Under the pieces are notes generated by a model that was not told the origin of the DNA, ran no database searches, and saw only the letters and a list, made by a program, of their open reading frames with translations. Below are positions 43,219-59,609 of a stretch of 64,000 bases of DNA, one piece after another (positions within the stretch are counted from its first letter, which is position 1; every line of letters starts with the position of its first letter). A program made the position numbers and the translations under genes. This DNA is from Chrysomallon squamiferum (taxonomy: Eukaryota > Animalia > Mollusca). The stretch is taken from assembly GCA_012295275.1 (NCBI GenBank), contig CM022678.1:5704001-5768000 (forward strand). Direction: 5' to 3'.

Positions 43219-43940
43219 CTATATATGTATTATGTGTATATGTATATATATATGTATGTATGTATGTGTGAATGTATATATGTATATATATATATAGTAT
43301 GTGTGCATTACGCGTGTATGTTTGTTTGAATATATATATATGTGTGTGTGTATATATATATATATTTATATACACATATGTATGTAAGTATGTACGTATG
43401 TATGAACGTGCTACATATGATTAAATTGTCTGTCAGTAGAAAATGAATAGATGTTTATCATCCTCGATAAATACAAAGCTTATTAACTCTTTACCAGAAA
43501 TAATTGTGAAGGACCACATTAATTTCTCTTCTGATTCTCTAAAACACTAATTCTCTTTTTATAAAAATAATAATAATAATAAATAAAATATAAATATCGT
43601 GATTTTTATATTCTGTTTAGCGTCAGATATAGACACATAATTGTTTAAAGACTGGATATCTGGTGATGTGTTAGATGCGCCAAGTTTAAAAGATTTTTGA
43701 AAAAATATGTTTTTTTTTTTTTTTTTTTTTTCTCTTCGTCGATTAGTACAAGTGTACTAGGAATTAGTTACATTTGCGTTAGTTTATTACCATGAACATA
43801 AGGTGTTAATTTTGATAAATAATTTATGAGTTTATTTTTTCTTCTTCTTTTTTTTTAAAACATTTTTTTCTTTTTATTCTATCTGTTGATTTTAGTTAGT
43901 GTTTTTATTTTTTTTTATTAAGATAAAAAGCATCGTCATA

Positions 43941-43992
<52 letters not shown>

Positions 43993-45067
43993 AGAAATAT
44001 AATATAACAAACTCTGTTTTAATTAACCATCCTCTCGATGATGAAAAATAAAACCCCGTATGTTTCTGATCTTCTGTGCTGATGTAAATAAGTTATTATT
44101 TATGAATTGATTTCTAAGGTTTTGGCGTCGTGCAAAAAGCTGATAATGTGTTAATGCACTCGGATCGATATCACCCGCTGCATTTTTAACATTTTAACAA
44201 ATATTTTGTGCTTATGAAATTCCGCAAAGGCTGCTGTAATTAAAATGTTAATTGAAGAGTTATTTTTTTTTTTTTTTTTTTTTTTTTTAACTTGATTTTT
44301 TTTTTTATTATTATTATTCATATATATTATTCATATATATATATATATATATGTTATTCTTTTATTTTTATTTATTTATTTATTTATCAATCTAATAGTT
44401 CATTTGGTTAGCTACGACGTCTCTGGCTTCATAGCTCGCTGAATCAATTCTCCTCAGTCAGACCATTAAATAATTTCCCGGTCCACCCATATCCTGCGAT
44501 ACATTTATCAAACTTCGTAGTATGTGCTTTCCTGTGTATAATAAAATTTACGAAAGCTCCATTGCTGTTAATCGCAACAAAAAAAAACCTAGACACTTGC
44601 AAAGATTTTCCCATTTCGTTATCTGGGTAGTCCTAAACGAATTATATGTGTTTACAGACCCTTGCTGCATCGGGCCATTCTCACCTTCGCGAGATTCATT
44701 AAACCAGTTATTGTCTACAGTTTGTATTATACCTTATGACCAGTGAATACAAATGCGGTATGTTAGTCGTGAAATTAAATACTATTTCTTTTGCTTCATT
44801 ATATTTTTTTTTTTGAAATATCTCTACACGCAAAGTTCTGTTTCACATTTTGACGTTTCCCTTTGCCTATATACGACGGCAGCGACAACATACACCATCT
44901 TAAGACCTGAACCATGATGAGGAATAGCGATCCAGATTTCTGGCTTCGTGTGCACTAGAAGGAAATATTTAAATCTTTGATGGATGTTAGTGTATTTCAA
45001 ACGTCTGTCAGGTTAATTCATAATAACGCGGTATGTACTGTCATAATCTTATTCTCATGGACCAGTT

Positions 45068-45165
<98 letters not shown>

Positions 45166-45229
45166 GGTGTTATTGAAGTGTATTATCTACAACATCAAAT
45201 TTGGTTTGTTTCCTCATGGTTTGAATCAG

Positions 45230-45830
45230 CTGACGCCGCCGGTACTGGCACAACGGTCCCGCTATCTCCGGAGATAAAATTTTGACGTCATCATAGCCGA
45301 ACGAACCATCACTCGAGTGAATGGATTCCTCTTAATTCGTGCGTTTTCGTGAGCTTTGTGCAGCGAGGGATGTTCCATATGCTTAGTAGATCGATCGATC
45401 CGAGATGTTATTCGTGGTTTAGCCTGAAAACCCCCCCCCCCTCCCACTCCCCCCACCCCCACCCATCCACCAACCGTCCGTCGTCCTCCTCTTTCGGTCT
45501 ATAGTCATAATTACATTTACGCTGCCAATAGATTCATAGCCGTCGTCCGTATTGCAAGCGTTAACCTTTGACCCCTCAATGACACTGGCGCTCGGCGAAG
45601 ACCAGTCGTGTTTCTTATGGCCCATGAAGCACTGATGGTCACTGAGCGCAAAAATTGCATTGAATTAGTGGTGTGACACGTGCCGAACTGAACCCATCAG
45701 TGTATCTCATAAGATTAACAATTCCGAGTTATTTCATCAATCTTACAACCACTGTCTCGCTTGTTAACGCGTATTCTCGTCACGTGACCAACCAAACGAG
45801 AGTCGGGAAGGAATACTGAGAAGTAAAAAC
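45230..45830. promoter_or_regulatory. Motif-dense CpG-rich enhancer candidate
   Basis: CRE (45283), DR1-type TAACCTTTGACCCC (45562-45575), E-box near 45677 and the perfect palindrome GTCACGTGAC (45779-45788). Confidence 0.5.
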
Positions 45831-45977
45831 CGTAAAGTGTTTTTTTTTTTTTTTAATTGATGATTATTATTGTTATTATTATTAATTATTATTAATTATT
45901 TATTTATTTTTTATTCTTATTTATTTGTTGTTGTGTTTTTTTCCTGTTGCATATAACGGTTAGGATCCATCTGCCTG

Positions 45978-46096
<119 letters not shown>

Positions 46097-46337
46097 ATAT
46101 CTATCTCTGCCTGTCTCTCATTTCTTCGCACCCTTTTCTTGCTGTCTCTGTTAATCTTCTCTCTCTGTTGTGTTACTACCACTTTGTCTTTCTCTAACGT
46201 AGTTTCTGTCTCAAAACAAGATAACACTAAAATAAAATTATTGTTTATTGTTTCTTCTGCCTAGACCCATTTCTTTTTTTCTTTTTTATTCTTCTTTTTT
46301 TAAATGAATGAAAGAATACGTTAATAATAAGAAAAAA

Positions 46338-46389
<52 letters not shown>

Positions 46390-46595
46390 AAAGAAAACAA
46401 ACAAAAAAAAAAAAAAGACCTAAAGAAAAGGTCTTAAATAGTTTAACACATTAACTGGGTAGATAGAACGAAATAAGCACATTTTTACCAGCAGAAAAAA
46501 AAAAAGAGAGAGAGAGAAAAAAAAGTATCCACAAAAGACCTGTAATCGTTCTAGACCTAATCTCGATTGGACAAAGCTAGAGATACAGAGATACA

Positions 46596-46773
<178 letters not shown>

Positions 46774-47286
46774 CATGGGCTTGTTTGCTCTGAAATCTCT
46801 TTTCGGTTGTTTTTTCAGTGCTGTGACGCGAACATGCTGTTGTTTGTTTTCGGTAATCTTCGTAACATTGGTCTGTTGTTGCCGGAGAGTGTTTCGAAGC
46901 GCATTAGAAGTGCGGTTTCAGTGGTTGTTTATAACAAACGTTATGGTATGCTGGGTAATGATTGCTTATATACCAGACTGTCGGCTCGCAGTGTTTTTCA
47001 AAACCGTTGTTGATGTTATCAAGCAACGGTTAAGCGAGGCGAAATGAAAAATAAAAAAACGTATTGATGGTTCACGCGTTTAAAAAAATAATAATAATAA
47101 AGCGTAAGAAGAGAGAGAGAGAGAGAAAAATAGGAATCACATAAAGAGAAAAAGAGATAAACTTTCTTGGGAGAGCGGTTAAGAAACGCATTAAATTAAA
47201 ATGAATGAACAAATAGATAAAATAAAGTAAAATAGAGAACTAAAAATATACAGAATTCACGATAATGTACATGACATACATCTAGA

Positions 47287-47420
<134 letters not shown>

Positions 47421-47814
47421 GCTTTGTTTGAAAATAGAAATATTTTACTTTTCATAAATTTTTTCCCTTTATCACCATCTTCATAACAGCTTTTGATTAA
47501 TCGGATCATGAAGTAATCAAGAAATAAAATATCAAATACCGCAAAGAACCGTATATACATAGCGCGGTCATGAAACCATTAGAGCACATCCACAAACATC
47601 ACGAAACAGGCATCAAGTGCCACAAAGAACCGATATCTTTACAGTCCATACACGATCGTACCATCATCATTCTTACTAGTGACACGAAATGAACACATTA
47701 TGTTATCATATAAAATATCACTGATAAAATACATACATGCAGGTGCGTCATATATAAATTAAAATACATACATACAGAAAGGCACACATACGAATGTAAG
47801 TACGTACATGCTTA

Positions 47815-47947
47815 CAGTATACATACTTACATACATACATATATACATACATACATACGTACATACGTACATACATACATACGTACATACATACATACAT
47901 ACATACGTACATACGTACATACATACATACATACATACAGCCATACA

Positions 47948-47983
<36 letters not shown>

Positions 47984-48005
47984 CGTACATACATACATAT
48001 ATACA
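47815..48005. repeat. (CATA)n/(CGTA)n compound microsatellite
   Basis: Direct inspection. Confidence 0.95.
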
Positions 48006-48971
48006 TAAAAGATATCTATATATAAAATATACAGGTATATATAAATACACACACAAACAAAATAAAAATATACATACGTAAACATAAAGATAAAACATAC
48101 ATATACTGACAATCACTCAACAGACACGTATACAGGCATACAAGCATAACCAAATAATCACGCAAACACACACACACACACACAACACACACACACACAC
48201 ACACATACATACGTAAACAAACGTATATGTACGGAATCAGTGAACTAATTTAATTTCCGCTCCAACCCACAACAACGTGGCTAATTCTGCGAACTGTCGC
48301 CTGACTAAGTGGAACTTGTTTTAAGGTTATCCCCAATGATTGTGGTTCGCTGAAAGCGTCGAGAGTTGATATCGGATAATTAGCGTATTAGTACCGTCTC
48401 GGTAAACCAATCAGAAAACAAGGCACTTCGCGTTTCGACCAATCGACGGCCAGGTCTTGTAATAGCGCATCAGATGTTTGCTAAGCATGCCTTACGTGCG
48501 ATTTTGCGATTTTGCGTGATCAGGAAAGTGTGCTTGAACCTTCGGTGAGCGTGCGAAGGTGTCGGATAGTCAGTCTTATTACAGGCAGTTAAGCTTGACG
48601 AATGTTTCAGGTGTTAAGCCGTACTGTCCTGATGGCGCGTGTGTGTAGCTGGGTTCAGAATGATAATCGTTACATGTTGGAATATCACTGAAATAGAAAC
48701 GATGACAACGACAAAAATAGCATCTACAACGATGATAATAATAATAATAATAATAATAACAGCAACGATGACGATGACGACGACGATGATGATGATGATA
48801 AAAATAATAATGAGTTATATCGTATGATGATCTTTTTGGCCAAAGGACGTGATGATTATATTAATTCTGTTATACTTTTAGAATACCTCGGGGTGGGGGA
48901 GAAAGAAAGAAAAAAAAAAGAAGAAATGTTGAAGCAAAAACGAAATTGATATCGTGTGTGTGTATGTGTGT

Positions 48972-49059
<88 letters not shown>

Positions 49060-49460
49060 TATTAGTAAGCAATTTCTAGGAAACTTGCCAAAACTTAATA
49101 TTAACAAAGCATTATTCTGTGCAGACTACCGAACTTATCACAGTAGAAAAAATTACGGAGTCCGCCGATCATTACCGAATGTTGACGGACGCGCTTGAAA
49201 AGTTGATTACGTTGCCTGAAGTAACGAAAATGTCAAAAACATTTGTTATGTCAGGACTAAAGATGGATGAACTGACAGACTGATAGGTGCTTTCCTACTT
49301 CATTAACATCTTTTCTTTATTTACTTATTTTCTTTTCTCCTTCTTCTTTTTCCCCCTCTTATAGAAAGGTCTTTATTTAATCCTTTTATTTATTTATTTA
49401 CTTATTTATCTATTATTATTATTGTTGTTATTGTTGTTGTTATTATTATTATTGATATTA

Positions 49461-49523
<63 letters not shown>

Positions 49524-49629
49524 TCTTTTTTTAAAATTCTGGATTCTGGCCAGATTAGAGTATTGACTTTCTGTTGTAAATACGTTTTACTATTTTATTG
49601 TTTTGTTTTTACGTCTATCTATCTGTCTG

Positions 49630-49680
<51 letters not shown>

Positions 49681-49734
49681 CTCTATATATAATGATTCTG
49701 TGCATACGTCTTTGTATGTATTGCTATTATGTGT

Positions 49735-50004
<270 letters not shown>

Positions 50005-50260
50005 TCTGTTACATGCACTAAGATGACTCTGCCATCACTCGCTGGCTACACACGTGTTTCTATCTACTCCTGTTTCGGAAAGCGTGTGTTCATACGACAT
50101 AGCCGAGCTTGCTTGCTGTTCTCGTAAATTTTCAAACGGTATTTACGTCTCTAACTAGACGGAGTAGAAGCAGATCGCATGTACAACTGGAATTTCTTGA
50201 ACAAATTCTCCACACTTCCCGTTCGGAATCTTTTATCTTATTCGGCATGGCAGGAATTTT

Positions 50261-50296
<36 letters not shown>

Positions 50297-50740
50297 GCTA
50301 TCGTATGACAAACCAAACGATAAACAGATACGAGTGTTTGTTAGTTCATCTAGATCTGATCGTGTAAAGCCTTCTTCTTCTTGTATTTTTATTTATTTAT
50401 TTGTTATTCTTCTTCTTCTTCTTCTTCTTCTTTATTATTATTATTACTATAATTATTATTATTACTATTATTATTATTATTATCACTATTATTATTATTA
50501 TTATCACTATTATTTTATTATTATTATTATTATCACTATTATTATTATTATTATTATTATTACTATTTTTATTATCACTATTATTATTATTATCACTATT
50601 ATTATTATCACTATTATTATTATTATTATTAAAGATTATTATTATTACTATTATTATAGATAGGGTTTATACGTAAAGAGATTAAGTAATACAGCAATTT
50701 CTGACAATCGTCAGCACTGTCATTTGAACGCATGAATAAA

Positions 50741-50887
50741 CAGGGCAGCAGATGCCTAGGGCCCCACGGGTAAAAAGAGCCATGCAATTACTTTTCATGC
50801 TTGTGTAAAATAGAGTCCCACGTGCACTACTTTGGCCCGTAGGGGCTTGGGGGGCTGGGAACCTATAATGCTTTTACGACGGTCCTG
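50741..50887. mobile_element. Possible decayed hAT-like MITE remnant
   Basis: GC-rich 147-bp island starting CAGGGC and ending GACGGTCCTG, with internal GGGCCCC. No TSD found. Confidence 0.3.
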
Positions 50888-51842
50888 ATATTAGGAAGAA
50901 CCAACAGATCCAAGGACTGTTGTTATTTCAACAAGGTTTTATGGTGTCAGGCGTTTTGACAACTATGATTTAGAACTGAATAAATCTAGAAATCGATAAT
51001 GCAAATATTTGTTAGCTTCGACAGATTATATAGTGTAGCTCTGTTATTTATGTCATCAAAGTTTTATCCAATCTAAACTGTAATGGAACTGCAGAAGGTT
51101 TAAAGAAAAATGAATTCAGACATTAGTGATGGTCTGTTTGACTCTGCAGTTTTGATGTATTTAGTAACAACACACACAGACACGTACATACATACATACG
51201 TTTTGTACTGCTATCTTTTGAATGTTAAATTTATCAGAAATAATTATAATTCCTGATTTTCACTGAATTTGTGGTACTCTGAACCCTCGATATTTACTTC
51301 TTTAATTCGTATATAATCCTTTCAAAAAATGCTGTGTCATACAGCCGAGCAGAATCGAAAAACAACAACATATGCAATAGATGGATAGATAGATAGACAG
51401 ACAGACAGCGATATCAATTAATTAATTAATTAAAGTAAAATACGTTATATAAAATAAAAAAAATAAAAATTAATAGTAATAATAATAATAATAATAAAAG
51501 AAACAGAAATGAGAGAGAAAAACGAACAGAATCGATTTTTTCTGTTTTCGCTGAAACGCGCGTTCACGTTTGGCATCAGTGACGTCACGCAATCTGCAGA
51601 CGACAATCTGATTATACCGCAATGGCCAGGTATTGAAAAGCGGTAGTTTTACACTTGAAAGCTTAATAAATTCATGCATATTTGTCTTTGAGTAGAGTTT
51701 GTTAACGAGATAAGCTTAAATGAAACTATATCGGCATATCGACGCATTCTTACAGGAAAACGTGCGTTCAAAGAGTTCACTCTGATTGATTAACTGTAGT
51801 AATCACAGTTTGCGGAGTATATAATGATAATGATTGTACATA

Positions 51843-51919
<77 letters not shown>

Positions 51920-52174
51920 ATGAATTAGGTGAATAAGTTAAAAACGTTATCGTAAATAATTATTTTTTTAAAAAAAAGGGAAATATATATATAATAAAGA
52001 AATAATAATAAAAAGTAGATTTTTGTTTTTTTTTTGTGTTTGTTGTTCTTTTTATTTAAATAAGAATTAAAAAAATAAAGCTAGAGAAAATAAATTTTCA
52101 GTAGACATCCATCCGTTCACATTAATAGAAGAAATATATATTTTTTTTAAATCGACTGCTTTAAGTGCAATGCA

Positions 52175-52210
<36 letters not shown>

Positions 52211-52950
52211 TTATTATTATTATTATTATTTTTATTATTATTATCATCATAGTTACCATTTATCATAATATTTATTACCATAACCTCATTACCATTAATA
52301 AAATAATATCTATTTATGATCATCACATTAATGCTGATCGCCATTATTACATGCTATATCTGCACGCAAAAGCCGCACTTGTACCGAGCAAAATCCTGCA
52401 TTATCAAGACACTCCTTCAAAGCCCGCTGGAATCTGTTACTGGGCCAGAAATTACGATTCTCTTAACGTTTGTATTGATCCCGATATTCGTGGCATTATT
52501 CAGTTCTAGGCCAGTCTGTAGGTTCCCTCGTCCGCGGCAAACAAACGAGCTTTGCATACGAAGAAGATGAGCCATTATATTAACTCGCCTGTCATTGGTC
52601 CGCTTGACACATTTGCATATAGTCTCGATACCCGAGGCAGTTGGAAACGATAAGGTGTGCGAATATCGACACTAAATGTAATTGGTATAGTGTTACATTC
52701 AGTTAAAGGATAATGATGATGATGATGATGATAATACTATTATTTCTGTTACTGCTACTACACCACTCTACAACTACTACTACTACCACTGATACTACTA
52801 CTACTACTACTATTATAATTTTTATTATTACTATAGAAATTGTAATAAGCTTATTATTTTTACAGTGCTAAATTGAATATTATAAACAGAGTGATAGTGG
52901 AAAGTTGAATCAATCTCTCTTACTTACGCTCTCACATTCATATATGTGTG

Positions 52951-52954
<4 letters not shown>

Positions 52955-53038
<84 letters not shown>
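52955..53038. repeat. (TA)n microsatellite, about 40 units
   Basis: Direct inspection. Confidence 0.98.
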
Positions 53039-53044
<6 letters not shown>

Positions 53045-53254
53045 CATTTCTTTTCATTTAGCTCCATTTTCTTCTTTTACTTCTTTTACAGTAACACGTT
53101 GTACTACTTTCCTAATTTGAATCATATTCCTGTATAATTTTGATTAATGGATTTCATGGCTCATGTTATTCGGGCCTATTCAGTTTACTATAGATTATGG
53201 TAGACTAAGAATGAATGTAATAATTCATCATCATCTTTTCGATCATACATGACA

Positions 53255-53295
<41 letters not shown>

Positions 53296-54830
53296 AAAGT
53301 AAAATGAAATATATGTGTATGTATATATACACACACACACACACACACATATATATATGTAGACATGTATAATCTATCTGTCTGTCAAGATATATCACAA
53401 TAAATACCACTGCAGATTTTTAAATATTTATTTTCAGAGAGAAAAAAAGTATTTTACTGAAAAGATAAAAAAAGAACAACAAAAAAAAAAAAAAAAAAAA
53501 AAAAAAAAACAAAAAAAAAAAAAAAAAAAAAACAACAACAACAACCAAACAAAGCAACAAAACATGTATTTTCATACAAAATACCCAAAGACACTTGATA
53601 ATAAATATGATAAAATCGTTTGACATCCAACACTTTACTCGCGAAGATAAATTTGTTCCGCTTGTTTATTTACCTTATGTTTTGTTTCCAAAGTGCAGTT
53701 TATAATAAATTAATTGTGTTGCGAACGTCAAAGCTTTTCTTTTAATTAAAATTTTAAATTAATTTAATTTAATTTATTTATCTAATTTTTATTTTATTTT
53801 GTTTTATTTTATCTTTTTTGATGATTTATCGTGTTTAAACTATTCCAATTTCATCAATAATGATCAAAACTCGTCGATTTTAGATTCCTTGGCTGCCACA
53901 TATATTATGCTCGTAACAATTTGATAGTCATAGCAGAAGAAATTAACAATGAAATTTCTCAAAAATGTGACTGTTCTTAATGAATTTTTACATTTTTTTT
54001 TGTTTTTCATTTCATTATTTTAAAACGTTTGCCATTGTAATTAAAAGATAATATACGTAACAAGATGTCGTTACTGTTGTAACATGGCAACCCCCCTATC
54101 TCGTAACGCCGCTATAATTTTAACCAGTTCTATTTATTCCATTGTGATAAATAATAATGATGATGATGATGATGATGATAATAAGAAGAAATAATGACAA
54201 TAGTAAAAATGACAACGACGACAAAACAATAACAAAAAGAAATGACACCAACAACAAGGACAACGACGACAACAATAAAGATGAAAACGACAATAATAAT
54301 AATAATAATAATAATCATCATCATCATCATCATCATATCATTTGTTACGCATAATATCCTTTTGGAGAAATACAACTCGAATAAATAATCTATATAAAAA
54401 AAAATAAAAAAGTGCCAGAAATACCCTGGGGGATATTAAGAAGCCTAATATAAGCGGTTGGCGCTTTTAAAAAACGTTACTAAAAACTGGGGCAGTGGCG
54501 TTCGTTCATGTTATATCTCTCTTGCACAACAATATCCGTCAGTATTGTTACATCGTAACAGGTAAAAACGTTCCACACGCACCTCTGGCGTCGTTATGCG
54601 TTGTTACCTCTCAATCAGACGTAAAAACATGTAGAGCCTGCCAGACATGTTATAAAGATCATTTACCTTCCGCATTAGTTTAATTCAATTTGTTTTTTTA
54701 TCTGAAGTGAAGTTATGCATCGACAAAATATTCCTGAAGAAAGAAAGAATGGAGGTAGGAAAAAGACCAAAGTATATGGTTATCTGTAGCGATGAAAATA
54801 AAATAATAATAATAATAAAATATAAATAAA

Positions 54831-54885
<55 letters not shown>

Positions 54886-56147
54886 AAAGAAGAAGAAGAA
54901 GAAGAAGAAGAAAGAAAAGCATAAAACCAAAATTACAATTATGTTATTTCTTTCAGTTGCGTAATAAATTTCTAATTTACCAGTAACTGAAATGGCTTAA
55001 TATAGTTCATTAATGTATCTATTAACAGCAGCTTTCTGTAAATAGCTTCATTTCAGAAGGAAGAAAATTATTAATGAATATAATGCAAAGAAATCTAATA
55101 CTAAGCATAAATATAAAAATTATAAAAAGTAGTATATAAACAAAAACAAAGAAAAATATGTATTCGACTTCAATATGAACCCATTCATGTGACGTCATAT
55201 CCTTGATGGAAATCGAACATCGTCTGCGGATTCACTTAAGGCCGGGAACTAGTTCATCGTTATCGTCTGCTGTAAATCTGCCTATATGGTTCTTGACTTA
55301 ACATCGTTTTGGTATGTTTGAATGCTGAGATATCAAGATTGGTTTGGTAATAGCCTCTGTAAATTTCCTTAACGCTGGTACGGTCGCAAGGTCACAATAG
55401 AAAGGTTAATCTTGAGAACCGCCGGAAGGTTGCGTCTGTATTATAGTGCAGAACGAAATGTGGTCTTTGCAAAATTCGCAGAAAGTAAAAGAAACATTTG
55501 CAAATTATGAAGACTTATCAGTATTTTTATTTTTTAGGCAGCTAATGGTATTAAATTTTATTTTTTATTTATTAACAGATTTATTAATTTAAAATTCGAA
55601 AAAAAGAAGTAAATAAATAAAATTAAAAATAATGTTATTCAGTTTATCGGTAATACATTGTTTTCAAGCTATGATAGGAACACCATTATTTTCAAATATA
55701 TATATAAAACTCAGAACTATTTTCATATTTATTTCTCATATTATTTACGTTTTTTTTTTTTTTTGGGGTACAGTAATTATTGTTAAAAATGTGATGAATT
55801 TGTTCCTTATAAAAACTCTTAAATATAATCTGTTAGTTTCTAAACAAATCATGATTTTTCTGACATTGTTTTCAAGCGAAATTTCCCAATTTAAATCACT
55901 GTTTTAACTCACAGTTCTAAACAGTTTTATAGCGAAAAACAGAAAAGATAAAATTCAGTCTATTTGTTTGTTTTATTTCCGGTCATTGACGTATCATGGC
56001 GGAAACTATGAATCTGTTAAGGCATCATCTACAGTCGGGTTAATGTGACGTCAGGCAGTATCCATTTGATGAATCATGATCGTACATTATATATTTTAAG
56101 GTTTCAGAATCTAATTAACAAATCCTTAATGACCCCTTAAACCAGTA

Positions 56148-56185
<38 letters not shown>

Positions 56186-56799
56186 GTGTAATGTCTTCAG
56201 CATTTAATAACAAACAACAACAACAAAAACATTTATACAGCATCCCATTTATACATCATATTTGCTTCTCTGCATTCTTACAGAAATGGATAAATGTTTA
56301 CATTTCCTCTTACTACTGGACCTAAGTTTCACCTCAGTCCAGTGCTCTAACCAAGGGACTGTATACCTTTTCTTCAAGCCCCCTGGAGAACACACATTTG
56401 TTTCTCATTTGATCTTCCCCTGGTAAAAGCTCTTGCCTTGTCCTAATGACTCTGCCAGCGTGTGATAGCATCAGTTGCTTACTTTGATTACCTAGTATAC
56501 TGTGTTACCAACAAAAATGCATTAGTGTCACTTGGCACTGTGTCAGGCCTCATCTGCCATGTGTGCCTCATCATAGAACTTTATGCAGATCTAAAAATGT
56601 GAACTGTAATCTGGACAGCGTGCTATTTTCGTTGGTTTTAAGTACGTGAAAGTCAAAACAGAAATTGTTACAGACGTGTAAAGAGATTTGAAGTGATGTT
56701 AATAACTGGGTTGATGTATTTTGCATTTTATTTGTACTTTAGTTTGGTTTCCTCCCTCATATAGTATGTTCTAATTTTTTTTTTTTTTTTTTTTTTATT

Positions 56800-56860
<61 letters not shown>

Positions 56861-57049
56861 ATTATGATATCTGTTTACACTTTGCCTCGTCTACCACTTA
56901 ATCTCTTTTAATTTAAACAGATTTGGATGGGTTGTTTTTTGTTCAGATGAGTCAATATATATACTCATTTCCCCTAATTTATTCTCACTATTTCTAAAAT
57001 TATATCAAGTCCTGCAAATACTTCATTTTACTTCTCTTTCTTTTCACAG

Positions 57050-57139
57050 GTATTTCAAATAATGTTGCTGCTGCTAATAAAACCAGGAAAAATTGTTAAA
57101 ATGATAGCATCCAGCTCAAACAAGACTTGCCCGTCTCTG
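57050..57139 (+). CDS. Putative internal 90-nt exon, possibly containing the start codon; product unknown
   Basis: Strong acceptor TACTTCTCTTTCTTTTCACAG| and donor CTG|GTGAGT. Only the phase-0 frame is open (VFQIMLLLLIKPGKIVKMIASSSNKTCPSL), with ATGs at 57062 and 57101. It lies in a CpG-depleted domain. Exon status is better supported than coding status. Confidence 0.6.
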
Positions 57140-57420
57140 GTGAGTAATGAATTAATCTTTTCTAATTTATTTTTCACAATGAGTTGGTACCAGATAGTAG
57201 ACTAGAATTTATCATCTCTTCTTTTTTTTCTTTCTTTCTCCAATGCATGTGCAGATAATAGTCATTAATTTGTTCTGTTTTTTTTACGTACTGACAATTT
57301 GTTTTTAAATACTGATATAAATATATATATATTTTATTATTTTTTATTTCTCTGTTTCATTCTTTTTCTGACTTGCACTCACTTTCTGTTTTTTCAAACT
57401 GTCTGCATTCCTGCCTCCCA

Positions 57421-57500
<80 letters not shown>

Positions 57501-58464
57501 CTCTCAGTTTGCTCTCTGATTCTGTCTCGCACACTATTTTTTTATTCTTTCTTGATTTTTCTTCGCTGTCTATCTTTCTCAGAATATTAAGATACATTTC
57601 TCTCATCACATTCCTTTCTCTGTAACACACACACTCTCGATTACTTATTAAGATGTGAATTACATTTAATTATTTTTAAACATGTACACAAACATTTATA
57701 AATGTTAACAGTGGAATGCATCATACATGCACATGAAATATTGAAATGGACACATAGAATTTTAATTCTATGCAGGTGCATCATGACATTAAAATAAATT
57801 GGCAGCATGGTGTAAAAACAAAACTGAAAATATTTTAATTACATAGTCTTTTTACCAATTACTGCATTTCTTGCTTGAACTTGTATTCATGATAAAAAAA
57901 AAAAAAATGGCTCAACTTCTTTTGTATATTTCCAAGTTTTTTTTTGTTTGATTTAAAATAATATATTTAGAAAAGTGAAGAAAATTAATGATGTATACCA
58001 ACAGTAACATCTGATTTATTTATTTACTCTATCTCTCTCTTACTCTCTAACATACTCACTTACTGCTAATCACTTTATTAAATTGATTAACCACCACAAA
58101 ACAAGCACACACAGTTTCTAAACTATAGTTAATGACGTATGTTAATTGGGGAAAAAAAATAAAGTAAACTATAAAAAAAAAAAAAAAAAAAAAAAAATGG
58201 ATTTGTAATTGCTGTTGCCCCTGGTGATCAGCTATTTAACCCATTAACCTCAACATTTGAGTTTGGACTAGCTTGGATCAATAAAGTCGACCAATATGTG
58301 TAGAAATTAAGGGTAGTTATTCACTGATTTATTGCATCTGTCTGCCACATAAGGTTCCTAAAGTATACAACTAGTGTAATCATTCTGATAAGTAAGAGAC
58401 AGTGTTGTTGTTGTTTTTTTTTTTTTTTTTTTTTTTGGAAATTTCTAAGAGTAACTTCATCAGG

Positions 58465-58965
58465 CACTGCACATCTGAAGTTACCAAGTATAAAAAAATG
58501 TTGTACATTTGAAGTTACTGAGTATAATGCAAAAGATTCCACATTTAAAGTTGCTTCAGTGAAAAGTACTGTACATTAGAAGTTATCAGATGTAAAGTGT
58601 TGTCCATATGAAGTTACTTGACTGAAAAGTACTGTACATTAGAAGTTATCAGATGTTAAGCTGTGTTCATATGAAGCTACTGAGTATAATCAATAATGTA
58701 AAAATTACTTGAGTGGAAAGCATTGTGCATATGAAAGCATTATACGTTTGAAGTTGTAATAGGTAATAACTAATATAAAGCATTTTAGACTTGAAGTTAC
58801 CTTAGTGCAAATCATTTTACATTGGAAGTTACTTGAATGAAAAGCATATTACATCTGAAATTGAAGTTTTTGTTTGAAGTTACTGAGTGGAATCCAGTCA
58901 GTTCTGTTCTTTTATATGTCACTTAAGTGTAACTGACAACATGCGAGTTCGAAGTTACTCAATGG
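58465..58965. repeat. Degenerate 31-32 bp minisatellite with a 63-bp dimer
   Basis: GAAGTTA(C/T) recurs at about 31-nt spacing. GAAAAGTACTGTACATTAGAAGTTATCAGATGT is exactly repeated at 58561 and 58624. Confidence 0.88.
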
Positions 58966-59351
58966 AACCAGATCTGTCCCATATTTGTTACCAGTTTATT
59001 AATCATTCTTTCTTCACTAATAATTCATTCATTCACTCTCTGGTTACTAATTTAATTCCTTCACTACTCCTTCACTCTCATTAGCAAATCATTCAGTCAT
59101 TCATTCAGTTACTACTGAATGATTAATTTATCCTTTCATCAAGTTTCCGCATGACTACACACACACACACACACACACACATACATACACACTCACAAAT
59201 GCACATGCACAAAAACAAACATAGACACACATACAGACATAAACATGCACACTTAGACACATTCATAGACACATACATACATACATACACACACAACAAA
59301 AACACACTCTCGTGCACATATACACATTTATGCAAAAACCCACCCATACAT

Positions 59352-59410
<59 letters not shown>

Positions 59411-59609
59411 CACACACACACACTGATTTAAGTCCAGTAACAAAAGAGTGTCTTAGTCAAAAAAACATAACAAATCATCCTCTTTTCCTGCAGTTCCGAA
59501 TAACCTGGAAAACAAACAGCTTCAAATATTCACACTGCATTGTCAGCTAATTGTATCTCCCATCTCATCAATAATGTATCAGCCAAACTGGAGAGTTCAG
59601 CGAGAGCAG

